63,039 nt of DNA, filler included, from Octopus bimaculoides (GCF_001194135.2; 5 parts of 5 records of this genome joined end to end with filler, not necessarily neighbours in it); one strand, 5' to 3'. Counted from the whole stretch's first letter, positions 1-12,939 are shown. Made by a program: numbers and translations. Notes: generated by a model not told the origin, from the letters alone.

Positions 1-214
1 CACACACACACATGCACAAATACCTAGATGATGTTGATAAAAGTTCCAATGAAGGAGCCTTGAATCTATGTTAGAGTCCGGCTCTTTCTCTATGGACAAG
101 AAATACAGAAAGGAAACTGATTGATAACATACATACATACATACATACATACGTACGGCATGGGTGTTGGAAGTGACATGGTATTGGCTTCTGTCCCACA
201 GCACGTACCTTGAG

Positions 215-510
215 AAAATGTTTTTTTTTACTATAGAACTGAACCGACCAATGCCTTGTGAGCGAATTTGTTAGGCAAAATATATGTGTGTGGGAGAGCG
301 ATTTGTGTATGTGTGTGACTGTGTTTGTCACCTCGCCACTGCCTGACAATCAGTGTTGGTTTGTTTACGACCTCGTAACTTAGCGGTTCATCAAAAGAGG
401 GTGATAGAATAAGTAACAGACTTGAGAAAAAAATTACGATCTGTTCGACAAAATCCTTCGTGGCGGTCCCTCAGTATGACTGCAATCCAGTGACTGAAGC
501 AAGTAAAAGA
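215..510 (+). mobile_element. SINE family 1, partial
   Basis: GACCAATGCCTTGTGAG core and ...GACTGAAGCAAGTAAAAG tail. Confidence 0.7.
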
Positions 511-1207
511 TAGCTCTATGATTGCAGATTATTCATACACATTCATTCTTTGACTGCTATTTCTCAATCGTGTCACGCTAAATCACAGTAATTGACTACA
601 TTACACATACAGTGATACAACCAAGTGTACATTTTGCACCAAAAGCCAATTTAAGAGTTTCTCTCTGCATTATAGTTTGTTCTTGCAGAATATTCACGTT
701 TAAATGGGAATAAGTATGACCTCGTGTAAGGCAATCTGATTAACGATGTTTCAGTCAACAGCTGCTACTCTGTTGGTTAAGCAATCTTGTTTGTTTCTAG
801 TTAATGAATCTTTTCACTTCGTCTTGTCTCTTTGAAACACAGGCTCTCCATTATGTATTACAAAAGACTTGCAACGCAACACTACTTTATCCTTGGAAAA
901 TTTGAGAATCTCTGATACAATATATCTTCAGCCATCTGCTTCTCATTAACTAGAGAAAGAACAATTGTCAAACCAGAAAAGTAAGAAATGTGTACCTCTG
1001 AGAAGGGTGAAGATGATTGATTGGTTCAGAAATATTGATTTCTAAATTAGCCACACGGTCAAAAATGTGTATGTCAGTCGGTACAATCAAGCTTAGATTC
1101 TGACGTTAAACCTGTCCTAATGGTTTCGTAAGGAGAAAAACAATATCGGCAAAAGGTATCTTATCTGAAGTTGTTTGAATGTAGACAAACTAGGTGCGAG
1201 CATGACT

Positions 1208-1543
1208 GTAAGGTAAGAAGTTTGCTTCACAGCCACGTGGTTCCAGGTTCAGTCCCACTGCGTCTTTTACTATTGCCATGGGCCAACCAAAACTTTGTGA
1301 GTGGATTTGGTAGATGGAAACTGAAAGAAGCCTCCACACGTGTGTGTGTGTGTGTGTGTGTGTGTTTGTCTTTGTGTCTGTGCTTTTCACCCACTACTGC
1401 TTGAAAAACTGGTGTTGGTGTGTTTATGTCCCTGTAACTTAGCGGGATTTTAAAAGAATTAGTACGGGATCGATTCACTCGACTAACAATTCTTAAAAGC
1501 AGTGCTCCAGCATGGCCGCAGACTGAAACCAGTAAAAGATAAG
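1208..1543 (+). mobile_element. tRNA-derived SINE family 1
   Basis: B-box-like GGTTCAGTCCC, TTGTGAGTGGATTTGGTAGA core, internal (GT)n, CAGCATGGCCGCAG tail. Confidence 0.85.
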
Positions 1544-1547
1544 AGAA

Positions 1548-1768
1548 TAATCTTTTCTACTCTAGGCACAAGACCCGAAATTTTGGGGGAGGGGACCAGT
1601 CGATTAGATCGATCTCAGTACGCAACTGGTACTTAATTTATCGACCCCGAAAGGATGAAAGGCAAAGTCGACCTCGGCGGAATTTGAACTGCGGACGTAA
1701 AAACAGACGAAATACCGCTAAGCGTTTCACCCGGCATGCTAACGTTTCTGCCTACTAGCCACCTTAGA
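1548..1768 (-). mobile_element. tRNA-derived SINE family 2
   Basis: Reverse complement of the GGCAGAAACGTTAGCA...TTCAAATTCCGCCGAGGTCGAC...AAGTACCAGTTG consensus seen repeatedly in the window. Confidence 0.85.
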
Positions 1769-2602
1769 GATAAGAAAATAATGTATAACACAACAGTGAC
1801 GTCATACATCATGAGAAAGTAAAAAATAACCGTGAACATTTAATTTTTATTATAGAGATAAAAATCAGTTTTTGCTCTAAAACCACCTAAAAACACCTTT
1901 AAAAAGTGGCAAAACTATAAAATCCGGAAGTCAACTCAAATTGACTTGAGTCAACGGAAGTTATTTAGTCCGGTAATGATTTTCAAAGTTAACTTAAAAG
2001 TTAAATCGTTAACGAAAATGTTAACTTTGTTAATTAACGAATAACGGATTAACGGTCTGGTGCCCAGGCTTGCTGAACATACTAAGTTACTTTTGGAGAT
2101 GTCACAGTATGTGACACTCCAGATGAGGAGGATGGGGGGGGGGCTACCATTACGGAAGCGTAAAATTATCGTACCGTCAGTCCTTTTACCCTCCCCTCAG
2201 TCTCGCGCCGCTGGCTCGAACTGGGAAAGGAAACCTGTGGCGTCTAAGCCATGCTTTATGATCTCATTGAGAGCAGCATGGCTTGGAAGGCGGCCAGCAC
2301 TATAATGGCATCTTGCCTTGTTCGATCCTTATTTTCGCCAATCTACAAAAATTAAATCGAGAAATATGAAGAGATTAAATACTCTGAAGAGCATGAAAAC
2401 AATGGTAAGATAAATGGTTGCTTGAAAGCGAGAGAGAGAAGGAGAGAGAGAGGCAAACAGAGACAGACATGTGGACACAGAGAGACAGGCGGACACAGAT
2501 AGACAGGCAGAGAGAGACAGACTAGCAGAGAGAGAGAGATGGACAGGCAGACACAGAAAGACAGGCAGACACAAAGAGACAGGCGGACACAGAGAGACAG
2601 GC

Positions 2603-2637
<35 letters not shown>

Positions 2638-2650
2638 GACTGGAAGACAG

Positions 2651-2699
<49 letters not shown>

Positions 2700-2841
2700 G
2701 AAGGGAAAGAGAAACAAAGTGGTCAGTACTGAGTTCTGGGGATTATGTGGCCAAGCAGGGGATCGTGAATCTGGAAGAGTGTGGGTAATTTAAGGCCGAA
2801 ACTCAATAATTCCCTGCCAAATAATTCCCTGCATTAATATA

Positions 2842-3098
2842 CTATAGCCTCGGGCCGACCAGTCTTGTGAGTGGATTTAGTAGATGGAAACAAAAAAAGC
2901 CTGTCGTATGTGTTGTGGGTGTCCTTGAGTCTGTGTGTGTGTGTCCCTCCACCGCTTGACGGTTCAGCAAAAAGAGGTCGATAGAATAAGTACCAGGCTT
3001 TACAAAAAATAAGTACTGGGGTCGATTCATTCGATACTGGTGCCTCAGCATGGCCGCAGTCTAATGACTGAAACAAGTAAAAGATAAAAGATAATAGA
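2842..3098 (+). mobile_element. SINE family 1, 5'-truncated
   Basis: Core and tail as in the other family-1 copies. Confidence 0.8.
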
Positions 3099-3164
3099 TA
3101 TTTCATTAAAGGCAGCCATATTGAATCGACGTTAGCAGTGAGCTGACTGACAAGGTTATTAACA

Positions 3165-3500
3165 AGGCGGCGAGCTGGCAGAATCTTTAGCTTGCTGGGT
3201 AAAATGCATAGCGGTATTTCGTCCGTCTTTACGTTCTCAGTTCAAGTTCCACCTAGGTTGACTTTGCCTTTCATCCTTTTGGGGTTGATAAAAAACCAGT
3301 TGATCCCTGGGGTCGATGTGATCGACTTACCCCCTCCTCCGAACTCGTCGGTCTTGTGCCAAAATTTGACATCATTATTAAGACAGCGAGCTGACAGCAT
3401 TGCAGCATTTCGTCCGTCCCTATGTCCTGAGTTCAGATTCCGCCGAGGTCGACATTGCCTTTCACCCTTTCGCGGTCGATAAAATAAGTACCAGTTATGA
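3165..3500 (+). mobile_element. SINE family 2, one full and one partial copy in tandem
   Basis: GGCGGCGAGCTGGCAGAATC head, followed by a repeat of the GGTCGATAAAA-AAGTACCAGTT body. Confidence 0.85.
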
Positions 3501-4496
3501 ATTTGCTTTTGACTGTGGGCGAGATATTGAATGATTGTTCGGTCTCCCATGCTCACAGCTCACAACATATATTACTAGATTTGTCTTATATTGCAGCTGA
3601 TATCGTATTGTTGAACGATAAATATCGAACGTATTTTTCTAGTTCAATCAAAGCGTGATAGCTTTACAAATATAAATAATTGTGGATACAATTTCAAAAT
3701 AAACAAGGACTAAATACCCGCAAATTGATCATTGATTTGTGTAAATATTGTATTTAATGCAAGGCACATAAACCTAAGAGCAACCACAAGAGAGCTACAT
3801 CTGGCCAACGACACAATTTTTTTTATGGCATGTCAACGTTGATTTGTTTGTAGTTAGTTATGTGTTGAGCGCTGTTGAAGTAGATTCTTTTTCTCTCGCT
3901 CTTTCTTTCTGTTTGTCTTTCTGACTCTCTTTCTCTCCATCCACTCTCTCTTTTTCTTTATTCTCTCTCTCTTTCTTTCTCTCTCTTTCTTTCTCGCCGA
4001 AGAGGTTACAGATGTGTGACGAAAAATTTCCAGACAATGGACATGAGTTAGAACAATAAAATAAGCACAGTAATAAACGAGTGAAGAAAAATATATATAG
4101 TGCGTGTGTTTATTTGGCAAAAGAAAAAGTGACCATCCCGAAATACAATATCTGTTTCAACACACCATTTCACATCAGGAATCTTGCAAAAGGAANNNNN
4201 NNNNNTATATATATATATATATATATACACATATATATATTACGTTTATTAATTTGTAAGATATGTATGTATGTATGTATGTATGTATATATGTATGTAT
4301 GTATGTATGTATGCATGTGTGTGTTTATGTATGTATACATGCATTCGGTGCTACAGCATGGTCACAGCCTTAGAATAAAGGAAGATGGATATAAATATAT
4401 ATATATAAATATATATGAATATATATAAATATATATGAATATAAATATCAATATTTATATTTATGTATGTGTATATGTATATATGGAGGGGGGAAG

Positions 4497-4535
<39 letters not shown>

Positions 4536-4694
4536 AAGTAAGACAGACAGACGCATTATATATATGCGTGTATATATGTATATGCGTGTGTGTATATATA
4601 TGTACATATATGGGTGTTGTGTGTGTATGTGTTTGTTTTGGTGTGCATGTGTGTATGCATACACATACAGACATATTAATATTTGTTCTTATGT

Positions 4695-4743
4695 TATAAA
4701 ACCAACTTTTGCACGTAACTGAAAGATTACTCAATTCATTAGG
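4695..4743 (+). promoter_or_regulatory. Possible TATA box, initiator and short non-coding first exon of the EGF gene
   Basis: TATAAAA at 4695-4701, TCAATT/TCATT 30-40 nt downstream, AG|GTAGAG donor at 4742/4743. The coding exon begins with a splice acceptor, so an upstream exon is expected. Confidence 0.2.
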
Positions 4744-5099
4744 TAGAGTGCAAATTTATTTTTGTTTAACAAAAATTGTATTGACAGTGACTTCGAAGTT
4801 ACAGCCAGACTGCTTATGGAGGATTGTCAGAATCGGTAGGGAGTCGGGCATATGTCTTCAGTATTTTTAAGTTCTGAGTTCAAATCCCGGCAGAATCGAA
4901 CTTTGTATTTCATGTTAGCTGGCTTGATGAAATAAATACATTTTAAGTTGTGTAGTGCGGTGCGATTTAATGGTCATTTTCGCCCGACAAAGAATTTATG
5001 AGGTTGCTCTTTTTCAGAAATTATCATTCTAATATTCCATAACAAATTCTTAACTAAAAATAGTTGTTTTCTTTTTGTCCTTTTAGCTGAATCTGCCAA

Positions 5100-5169
5100 A
5101 TGTTTAAAGCAATGGCTGTACCCTTTCTTCTCCTGGTCATTATGCTGCATTATGGCAATGCAGCAGAAG
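5100..5169 (+). CDS. First coding exon (signal peptide) of a secreted or cell-surface multi-EGF protein: MFKAMAVPFLLLVIMLHYGNAAE
   Basis: Polypyrimidine tract plus AG acceptor ending 5086. In-frame TGA at 5088 lies upstream of ATG 5100 (second ATG 5112). Hydrophobic core VPFLLLVIML. Phase-1 donor G|GTAAAC at 5169/5170 matches the phase of the next EGF exon. Confidence 0.75.
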
Positions 5170-6511
5170 GTAAACAGTCTATATTCATTTCTGTTTTCTA
5201 TTTCTGAGTCTGCATGTGACATATTTTCCCCTTTTAATAGACACAAATGTTAATTGTGTTTGAGGTTACATTGGATGATAGGTTAAGCACACACTTAAAT
5301 AAAATACAATTTAAAGAAAACTCAACTACACTATAAAATGAGACAAAATTTGTTTATTCAATTAACTTTTCACTCGTAATGGAAAAGATCATTAACGTTC
5401 GTGATAAAACTTGCGAAAAAATGCAAGGGAGACAACCCCAAAATCCGTATAGATTGAAAATTCAATGGAAGCATATAGAAGAGAAAGGAGTTTGAACTTC
5501 TGTTTCGGTAATTACAACCGACGTTTAAGCCTAAATTAATAATTTGGATTTCAGAGTTTTCCCATTTCCTTGACACGATTTATCATTTAGGTCCATATCT
5601 GTCCTTTCATTCACAACTGCGATTTTCAGCCAGTGGGTCTCAGCCATTTTTTGCCTATGTAGTCCGTTGATCCCTATTTTATTCTGTTGGATCCCCATAC
5701 ACATTCCATATCTTTAAAAACCCCATTATATTTTTGATAATTAAATAGTATTAGGAATTTTATTTCAAGAATTGTTAAAATACTTTTAATAACAAAATTT
5801 TATGTGGACCTTTAAGTGTCAATTATTTATTGGAAGTCACTGTCATTATTAAATTATTTGTTAGAAGGATCGGTACATCAATTACATTAGCCCCCCAACT
5901 TAAACAGATATTCTTCATGCAATACCTATACAGTACTAACACTCTCCATTTAAAATTGCTTGGTCTGTGCCTTAACTAGAATCCGTCATTCTTTACTTGC
6001 AACATTATTGGACTTACAGAATGGCTAGAAAGTCGGAAAAAATTATATACGGTATTTGTTCCGGCTTATTACGTTCTGTGTTCAAATGCCGCCGAACACA
6101 AAATATCTATTTCTCGATCAAATGTTGTCAAGATTCCAAGATTAGCTTGGGAAAGTAAATTTCAGCATTTCATACCAAATACTCATCCCTCATTCTGTTA
6201 GAGAAAAAACTCCAATCCCTGTGCTGTAAACTATCAGATTATACACCAGGCCACTGTTTCAACATCAAGTTTTAGAAATTGTGGTTTTGTTATACTTTAT
6301 TCTGAATCTGATGTCCTGCCAACGATCTGAGATCTTTCCTAAGTACACGATACAAATATCTTTGATTACAGGTCTGCTGGATTAGATCTAGTCTCAAGCT
6401 AAACTACAACAAATGTGGGTGGCCCTAATCCATTGGATTTAGTAAATTATACTCCAACAAATAAACCAGCTTGAAGGTGTGCAAAAATATTCTCATTATT
6501 CTTTACTTGAA

Positions 6512-6690
6512 CGCGGCAAGCTGGCAGAATCGGACAAAGCACGTCCGACAAAATGCTTACAGAAATTTCATCCGGTTCTGAATTCAAATTTCGACTTTAT
6601 CGAGGTCGATAAAATAAGTACCAGTTGAGCACTGGGATCCATGTTATCGACGAACACTCTCTTTTTAAATTGTTGGCGTTGTGTCAAAAA
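6512..6690 (+). mobile_element. SINE family 2
   Basis: GCGGCAAGCTGGCAGAATC...GGTCGATAAAATAAGTACCAGTTGAGCACTGGG. Confidence 0.8.
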
Positions 6691-8754
6691 TGGAAGATGC
6701 TATTCCATACTTGTATCAAATGGTAGATTTGCATAATCGTTAGAGAGTAGAAAAAATTTCTTTACATTCTGATTTCAAATTCTGACGAGATCAACTTTGC
6801 TTCCGTTAATACAGTTTTAATACCTGTATCAAAGACATTTCTTTCTTACTTTAAAATATTTCAAAGAGACAAATAATCTCCACTCTGCCACCAGTGCGGA
6901 ATTGAAAAATACTGCCAAAGTATACTAACAATTCAGAAGATAATGACGAAAGATTTAATCCGAAACGTCTAACCTTTCATTCTCTAGTAAAAGATCCGAC
7001 TTCAGTATTGTAAACTATCACATTCTTCACCAAACATTCCACGAATTCAGTGTTTTCTACCAATCCAACCAGTATCTCTCACCATATGAATAGAGCGCAA
7101 ACGATAAGCATTGTACCTGGTTTCAATTCTCCATTGAAGATTTCTCATTTCCATTGATTTACGTTTTAGAATTGGTACGAATATTTAAACAACTCATGTT
7201 CTGTTTCACAAACCAGGGACTTTGTGGGAGGTATGAAAGAAATCAAAACATTTAACTATTCTTGAAATGACTGATAACATCACGATTTATAAAATGAATT
7301 TACGAAACAATGACATATCACAATTCATTACGTACTAGAGTTTATAAAACAAAATCAATGATAAGTTCAGACTAGAATTACAATCAGACTTGTAGATTAT
7401 GTTTATTACAAGATGAGTAAAAAAACTCTTCAGCTTCTGCATTCTTGATAAACGTTTCAACCGCAAACGCGGGTACAAATTATAGCGCTAAGAAAAGTAA
7501 ACGATTAAAAAATCAACTGCATGAAAATATTTTTGTTATCTATTTTACTACGAGTAGATGTGAAAGAACAATGAATTATTTGAAGAATACTGAATTTGTT
7601 AGTACCATTTACATGAAGACCACATGGTTGAGCTAGCATTACCATAGTTAATGCTAACATATCTACATAAATAAATACGTACTGATTGTTATTTTAAAGA
7701 GGGAAGGGTCCATTGCTTAGCTTATTGAAAGAGACTTAAAGAAGTGGAGATTATTATCTGTAATATATGTTGCGACTTATAAGAGTAAGCATGCGAGAGA
7801 GAGAGAGAGAAAGTGAGATGAGGGCTAGAGCGAGAGAGACGTAGAAACACAGCGAAAAAGTGGAAAAAAAATGAACATATGGGTACTTGAAGCATTCAAT
7901 TTCAGATTTAGAAAAGGGAGAGAAAGTAAGGACAAAAAAAAGTGAAGGATTTATTCATTAGATGTGTAGAGGGCACTTAAAGAGGAGATAATTTTCTGTG
8001 CTGTAATGTTTGTTGGGAATTATAAGAGTAAGCGAGCGGCAGAGAGAGAAAGTGAGAGACGGGGAGACAGAGAAAGAGAGAGACGGAGAAACACGGCGAT
8101 GGTGCTTGAAGCACTCAGTCTCAGATTTAAGAAAACGGACAGAAAATAAATATCGTTGAGGTTTCAGTGAAACACGCCCGTAGCAAACACAATATGACGA
8201 TCGTTCAATGTTTCATGTTGCGAGACAATTCGTCAAATGACTGATAAAATCTCGATTGATAAAATGAATTTGCGAAACAGAGGCATATCACCGTTCATTA
8301 CTTACTAATGTTTATTTTAAAAATCCATGATAAGTTGAGACGCTAAATACAATCAGACTTGGAGATTCTGTTTATTACAGGATGAGTCAAAAACTCCTCA
8401 GATTCACTATACTTGGTAAATCACTCAACTGCAACGCCGGTCCAAATTATAGCACTATCTGAGAAAAGCAACGATTAAAAAATTAACTGCATAATAATAG
8501 TTTTATCTATTTTACAACGAGTTGGTGTGAAAGAACAAAGAATTATTTGAAGNNNNNNNNNNNNNNNNNNNNNNNNNNNNNNNNNNNNNNNNNNNNNNNN
8601 NNNNNNNNNNNNNNNNNNNNNNNNNNNNNNNNNNNNNNNNNNNNNNNNNNNNCCAATAGACATGTAAAATTTAAAACCGTTTTCTGATGCACCTTGTATT
8701 TCCAAATGCGAGGGCTGTCTGTAATTTCACTATTTCTTTTTTTTTCTTTTGTAG

Positions 8755-8910
8755 AAACAGAGGTCACATGTTCTGTTGAAGCCAATGACACTTGTGATCC
8801 TCTTGCAACATGCAAAGTTTTATCCGATGGTTCATTTAAGTGTGTGTGCCCTCGTGGAGTTGTTACCGGCGATGGTCTCAAAGGCGATAATTATACCGGA
8901 TGTGTATTTC
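8755..8910 (+). CDS. EGF-like exon A1 (EGF_3-type, 52 codons): ETEVTCSVEANDTCDPLATCKVLSDGSFKCVCPRGVVTGDGLKGDNYTGCVF
   Basis: TTTTGTAG acceptor, C|GTAAGT donor, 156 nt phase 1-1, six Cys in EGF spacing with GSFxCxC and GDG motifs. An alternative AG exists 6 nt downstream (8760). Confidence 0.92.
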
Positions 8911-10591
8911 GTAAGTAGCTGAAAAATTCGTAGATAAATTTTGGTCAAGTGAATAAATTCTATTATCCGTTCAGTGGTTTTAATATCACATCCACTACTG
9001 CTTATTCCCTGCGTGATTTAACAGGTATTTAAATGTACATTACCTTAGTTCATCTAGTAGTGTAGGTCTCACATTCGTAGAGAATGTTACGATCGAGAAA
9101 GTAATGATCCTTTTAGTAACCGCCACAGGTTCCCTTCACTTGAATTATGTTAAGTCTAATCTGATATCCTTTAAATAATTCTTTTACCCCATACGACTTC
9201 ATCAGCGATCACAAGATGTATGACAGTTGCTGCTATTTGAAATTATGTTGGCAACTGGTCATTTGTTAGCGATCCTAATGTAATGGAAAAATGATTGATT
9301 AGATGATTGTAAGTGACTTAAAGAAGTGGAGATTATTATCTGTACTGTAATATTTGTTGGGAATTATAAGAGTAAGCGAGCGGCAGAGAGAGAGAAAGTG
9401 AGAGAGAGAGAGAGAGAGTGAGAGAGAGAAAGTGAGAGAGAGAGAGAGAGAGTGAGAGAGAGAGAGTGAGTGAGAGAGACAGAGAGAGAGAGAGTGAGAG
9501 AGAGAGAAAGTCGGAGAAACACAGCGAGGAGGAGATGATGAAAGTGGAGAAAAATGAACATGTGGGTATTTGAAGCATTCAATTTCAGATTTAGAGAAAG
9601 GGAGAACAAAGTGAATATCATTGAAGTTTCAGTGAAACACGTTCGCAGTAAACACAATATGGCGATCGTTCAGTGTTTCATGTTGCGAGACAATAAGAGA
9701 GAAACAGGGAGAAAGACAAAGACAGATACAGAGAGACAGCAGACGGCCAGAGTCACATACAGAATGCAAGAGAGAAAGTGAGGAATTTGAAAATGAAATG
9801 TTAAAAGAAGTTGGAATTTCAGTAAATGTTTGATATCCGACAGATTCAATAAGTGAGATTAGACGATGTCAGAAGCAAAAATTGGTTGTTGAAACGACTT
9901 ACTATTTTACAAAAGCAAAATAATGAATCCCTTCACACAATCCTTTGACCAACCTGGACAATATTTTACGGTGCCCATAGAGTGTCTTAAAAACACATTA
10001 GTTTACTGAGGAATGAAATGTAAAGCCAGTTTCGAAAGGCACTTCTAGTAGAACGTCTCTATCATTTAATTAACAGTTTTCTTGCGATATTTTTGTTGAA
10101 AGTTTCTGTCGTTTTTTCATTTAATTTGATCATAATGAAGACTTTATCAAAATAACTTTCTCAATATCAAGCTGACGTTGAAATATGCTGCCTTTCTTCC
10201 AATTAATTTTGAAAATAACAAAGAATTAATTAAAATAACATTGCCATTATTAAGTTTCGTGAACAGAGGTGCAAGTGAGAGTGTTTCAACGTGGCCTATC
10301 TTAATACTCATAAAATAGCAGCCAAATCTCCATTATACTACATTTTGCTGTCTTAAAATATATATGTTGACTAATGTAATCCAGAGTATGAGGTCTTTCT
10401 TTGAGAGTGAATTATCAAAGTTCAGCTCGATCGGTGTCTATCAAGGGGTTACATACAACAACAGCAACTAAGAAGTGTTCCCTATCCAACAGATTAATCA
10501 TTCAGTCCTCCAAGGCTCAAGACTAAACGACAGAAAGAAGATACCAACATTATCATTCGGTAATATTTGAATAATTTTTGTTGCCTTTCAG

Positions 10592-10717
10592 CAAATTGGG
10601 AATATTCCTGTGAAGAAGGCCCAGACAGATGTTATGAGGCACTGGGCTTCTGTGATGATACATACTTTTGTAATTGCAACAAGGGTTACAAGGGAGATGG
10701 TGTAACAGAGTGCGTGG
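10592..10717 (+). CDS. EGF-like exon B1 (42 codons): PNWEYSCEEGPDRCYEALGFCDDTYFCNCNKGYKGDGVTECV
   Basis: CCTTTCAG acceptor, G|GTAAGT donor, 126 nt phase 1-1, six Cys with CxCxxGYxGDG motif. Not in the ORF track because it has no Met. Confidence 0.92.
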
Positions 10718-10840
10718 GTAAGTAGATTCAATCATTCATTCACCCAATCGTGTATGCCTATATAGTGATTCTTTGCTGCAATCTCTCGTATCGGGATGTC
10801 AAATGTAAGCTAACAATGAGATCGAAAACGAAAATGGTTA

Positions 10841-10892
10841 ATGAATGCATATCCCATATTTCGTGGTGTTCTGCTCCTTCATCAGCACTCAT
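10841..10892 (-). ncRNA. Type I hammerhead ribozyme motif, probably inactive (cleavage triplet AUG, weakened stem II)
   Basis: Minus strand reads ATGAGTG-CTGATGA-A-GGAGCAGAACACCAC-GAAA-TAT GGG ATA-T-G-CATTCAT. Both core boxes are intact and stem I has 7 bp. Confidence 0.7.
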
Positions 10893-11120
10893 CTAACCAA
10901 TTCTCGCCTCCGAACACATTGCTTATATAGTCACCGTATACAGCGGCGTTATGCTATTGGATATACCAATTTGCATATTAAACGCATTCCTGGAGCTTCT
11001 ATGTAAACAGTAATGCCTTGTAGGTACGTGGTATTTCGTTATGCAACCAAATTATCCTATAAAGTATATGATACTATGAAGTATATATAAACAATGTGTT
11101 CGGAGGCAGGAGTGGGTTAG

Positions 11121-11172
11121 ATGGGTGCTGATGAAGGGGCAAAACCCCCCGGAATATGGCATATACACTCAT
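11121..11172 (+). ncRNA. Type I hammerhead ribozyme motif, probably inactive (GAAA core changed to GGAA)
   Basis: ATGGGTG-CTGATGA-A-GGGGCAAAACCCCCC-GGAA-TAT GGC ATA-T-A-CACTCAT: 7-bp stem I, GC stem II, stem III and an AUA cleavage triplet. Confidence 0.75.
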
Positions 11173-11377
11173 TACCCATTTTGTCTTCGATTAATTAACT
11201 AGTACATTACAATCTGTATGTAGAACAGTAGTAATATGCAAAACTTTTCTCAAGTTTAAAATGTGACATTGTTTTTACTATCCACATTCCAACGATGGAG
11301 CATTTTACGTTTAACGTTTGTTGGAAAATGCTCGTTCCTCAGAGCAGGAATTTACATATTTAAAAACAGGAGACAAC

Positions 11378-11408
<31 letters not shown>

Positions 11409-11656
11409 CATACATACATACATACATACCTTGAAATCTGTGTACTCACATGAATGTGTAATTCTACACACGACTGGCTACACATACATATACAAGTTAT
11501 ATGCTTCTATATGAATATGTATACACCTGTGTGTGTGTGTCTTTATATGCATAGGTATCTTTGGGAATATAGGTAAGAGTATATGTATATGGTACTATAT
11601 ATAATAAAAATATATAACGTAATTGTCAATAATCGTGGTGTTTTTCTTTCTATTAG

Positions 11657-11782
11657 ATATTAATGAATGTGCATCGGACGCCATGAATCTGTGTGACATC
11701 AATGCCAAATGTACAAACATCCCTGGTTCCTACAACTGTTCTTGTAACCACGAATACACGGGGGATGGTTTCACTTGCAAAA
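11657..11782 (+). CDS. Calcium-binding EGF exon C1: DINECASDAMNLCDINAKCTNIPGSYNCSCNHEYTGDGFTCK
   Basis: TATTAG acceptor, A|GTAAGT donor, 126 nt phase 1-1. Has the cbEGF consensus DINEC...CxNxxGSYxC. Confidence 0.94.
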
Positions 11783-12939
11783 GTAAGTTTCCTTCTTTCT
11801 CTTTCTAAACTTTTATTAAACCATTCTAATCTGTTGTCATCATGGAATCATTCTCCAATGCATTGTGTCTGTTACGCGTTTGGTGCGATGGAAAAGTATC
11901 ACTTCGAACAAATTGCTTATTCATTGTTTCCAACTTTTTACGTTCCAAATTGAAATAGTGCCGAGGTCTTCTTAGCATTTTATCATTTTAGGATCGATAA
12001 AATAAATACTAATTGAGCATTGAACAGCATGTGATCATCAGAAAAATTATGATCAAGTTATGGCAAGAACAACTTTGCTTCCATCCACGCAGGTCTAATG
12101 TAGTTTTCAAACACAATTACTTTGAAATTTTGTGAGCAGAAACATAATCTCCATTCTGTTTCCATTGCGGAATTGGAAACAACTACCAAAGTATACCGAT
12201 GATTAAGAAGAGAATGGTGAAGAATTTAATCCGATATGTTTAATCTTTCATTCTCTTGAAAAAGATACGATCTCAGTGTTTTAAACTATCAAATTTTACA
12301 CCAAACATATCAAGACTTCAATGTTTTTCCAATTAATTTTCCAGTCTGTATATCTCACCTAATGAGTAGAGCGTAAATGATAAGCACTGTACTTGGTTTC
12401 GATTCTCTGTTCAAGCTCCTTTATTTGCATTGATTTACGTTTTAGAAATGTCACATACATTAGAACAACTCATGTTCTGTTTCACAATCCAAGGACTTTA
12501 TGGATGGTCTGAAAGAAATGAATACATTTAACTATTCTTCCGAAGACAGATAACAACACATTTTATTAAAAAAATTCAATAAACATATCATTACTAAAGG
12601 ATGTTTATCAAACAAAATCCCTCATTAATTCAGACTGTAATTAAAATCTGACTTGTAAATTGCATTTATTACAGGATGACTCAAAAAGTCAACACGTTCA
12701 CCATTCTTTATAAATGACTCAACAGCAAACACAGTTTGCACTGATACAATCTTTAACGGTATCTGAGAAAAGGCAACAATTAAAAACTTAACTTCATGAA
12801 AATATCCTTGCTCTCTGTCTATTTTTTACTATGGCCACACCAATAGACGAATGAAATTTCGGAGGGGTTTTTTTCTGCTTCTCTCTATATACCTAGATCC
12901 AATGACTGCACGTGATTTTATTCTTTCTTTCTTTTTCAG

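Larger units (their letters stand above)
10821..11191. mobile_element. Inverted-repeat element (about 110-bp arms, 10821-10929 and 11082-11191) whose arms are Penelope-type hammerhead-bearing terminal repeats
   Basis: The arms are reverse complements at roughly 80% identity. Each contains CTGATGA...G(A/G)AA with stems I-III. Absent from the paralogous intron. Confidence 0.75.

Noticed and set aside
2329-2793. Long low-complexity ORFs (SLSL, ERER, CVCV, YIYI, HTHT) here and throughout
   Set aside because: Translations of microsatellites.
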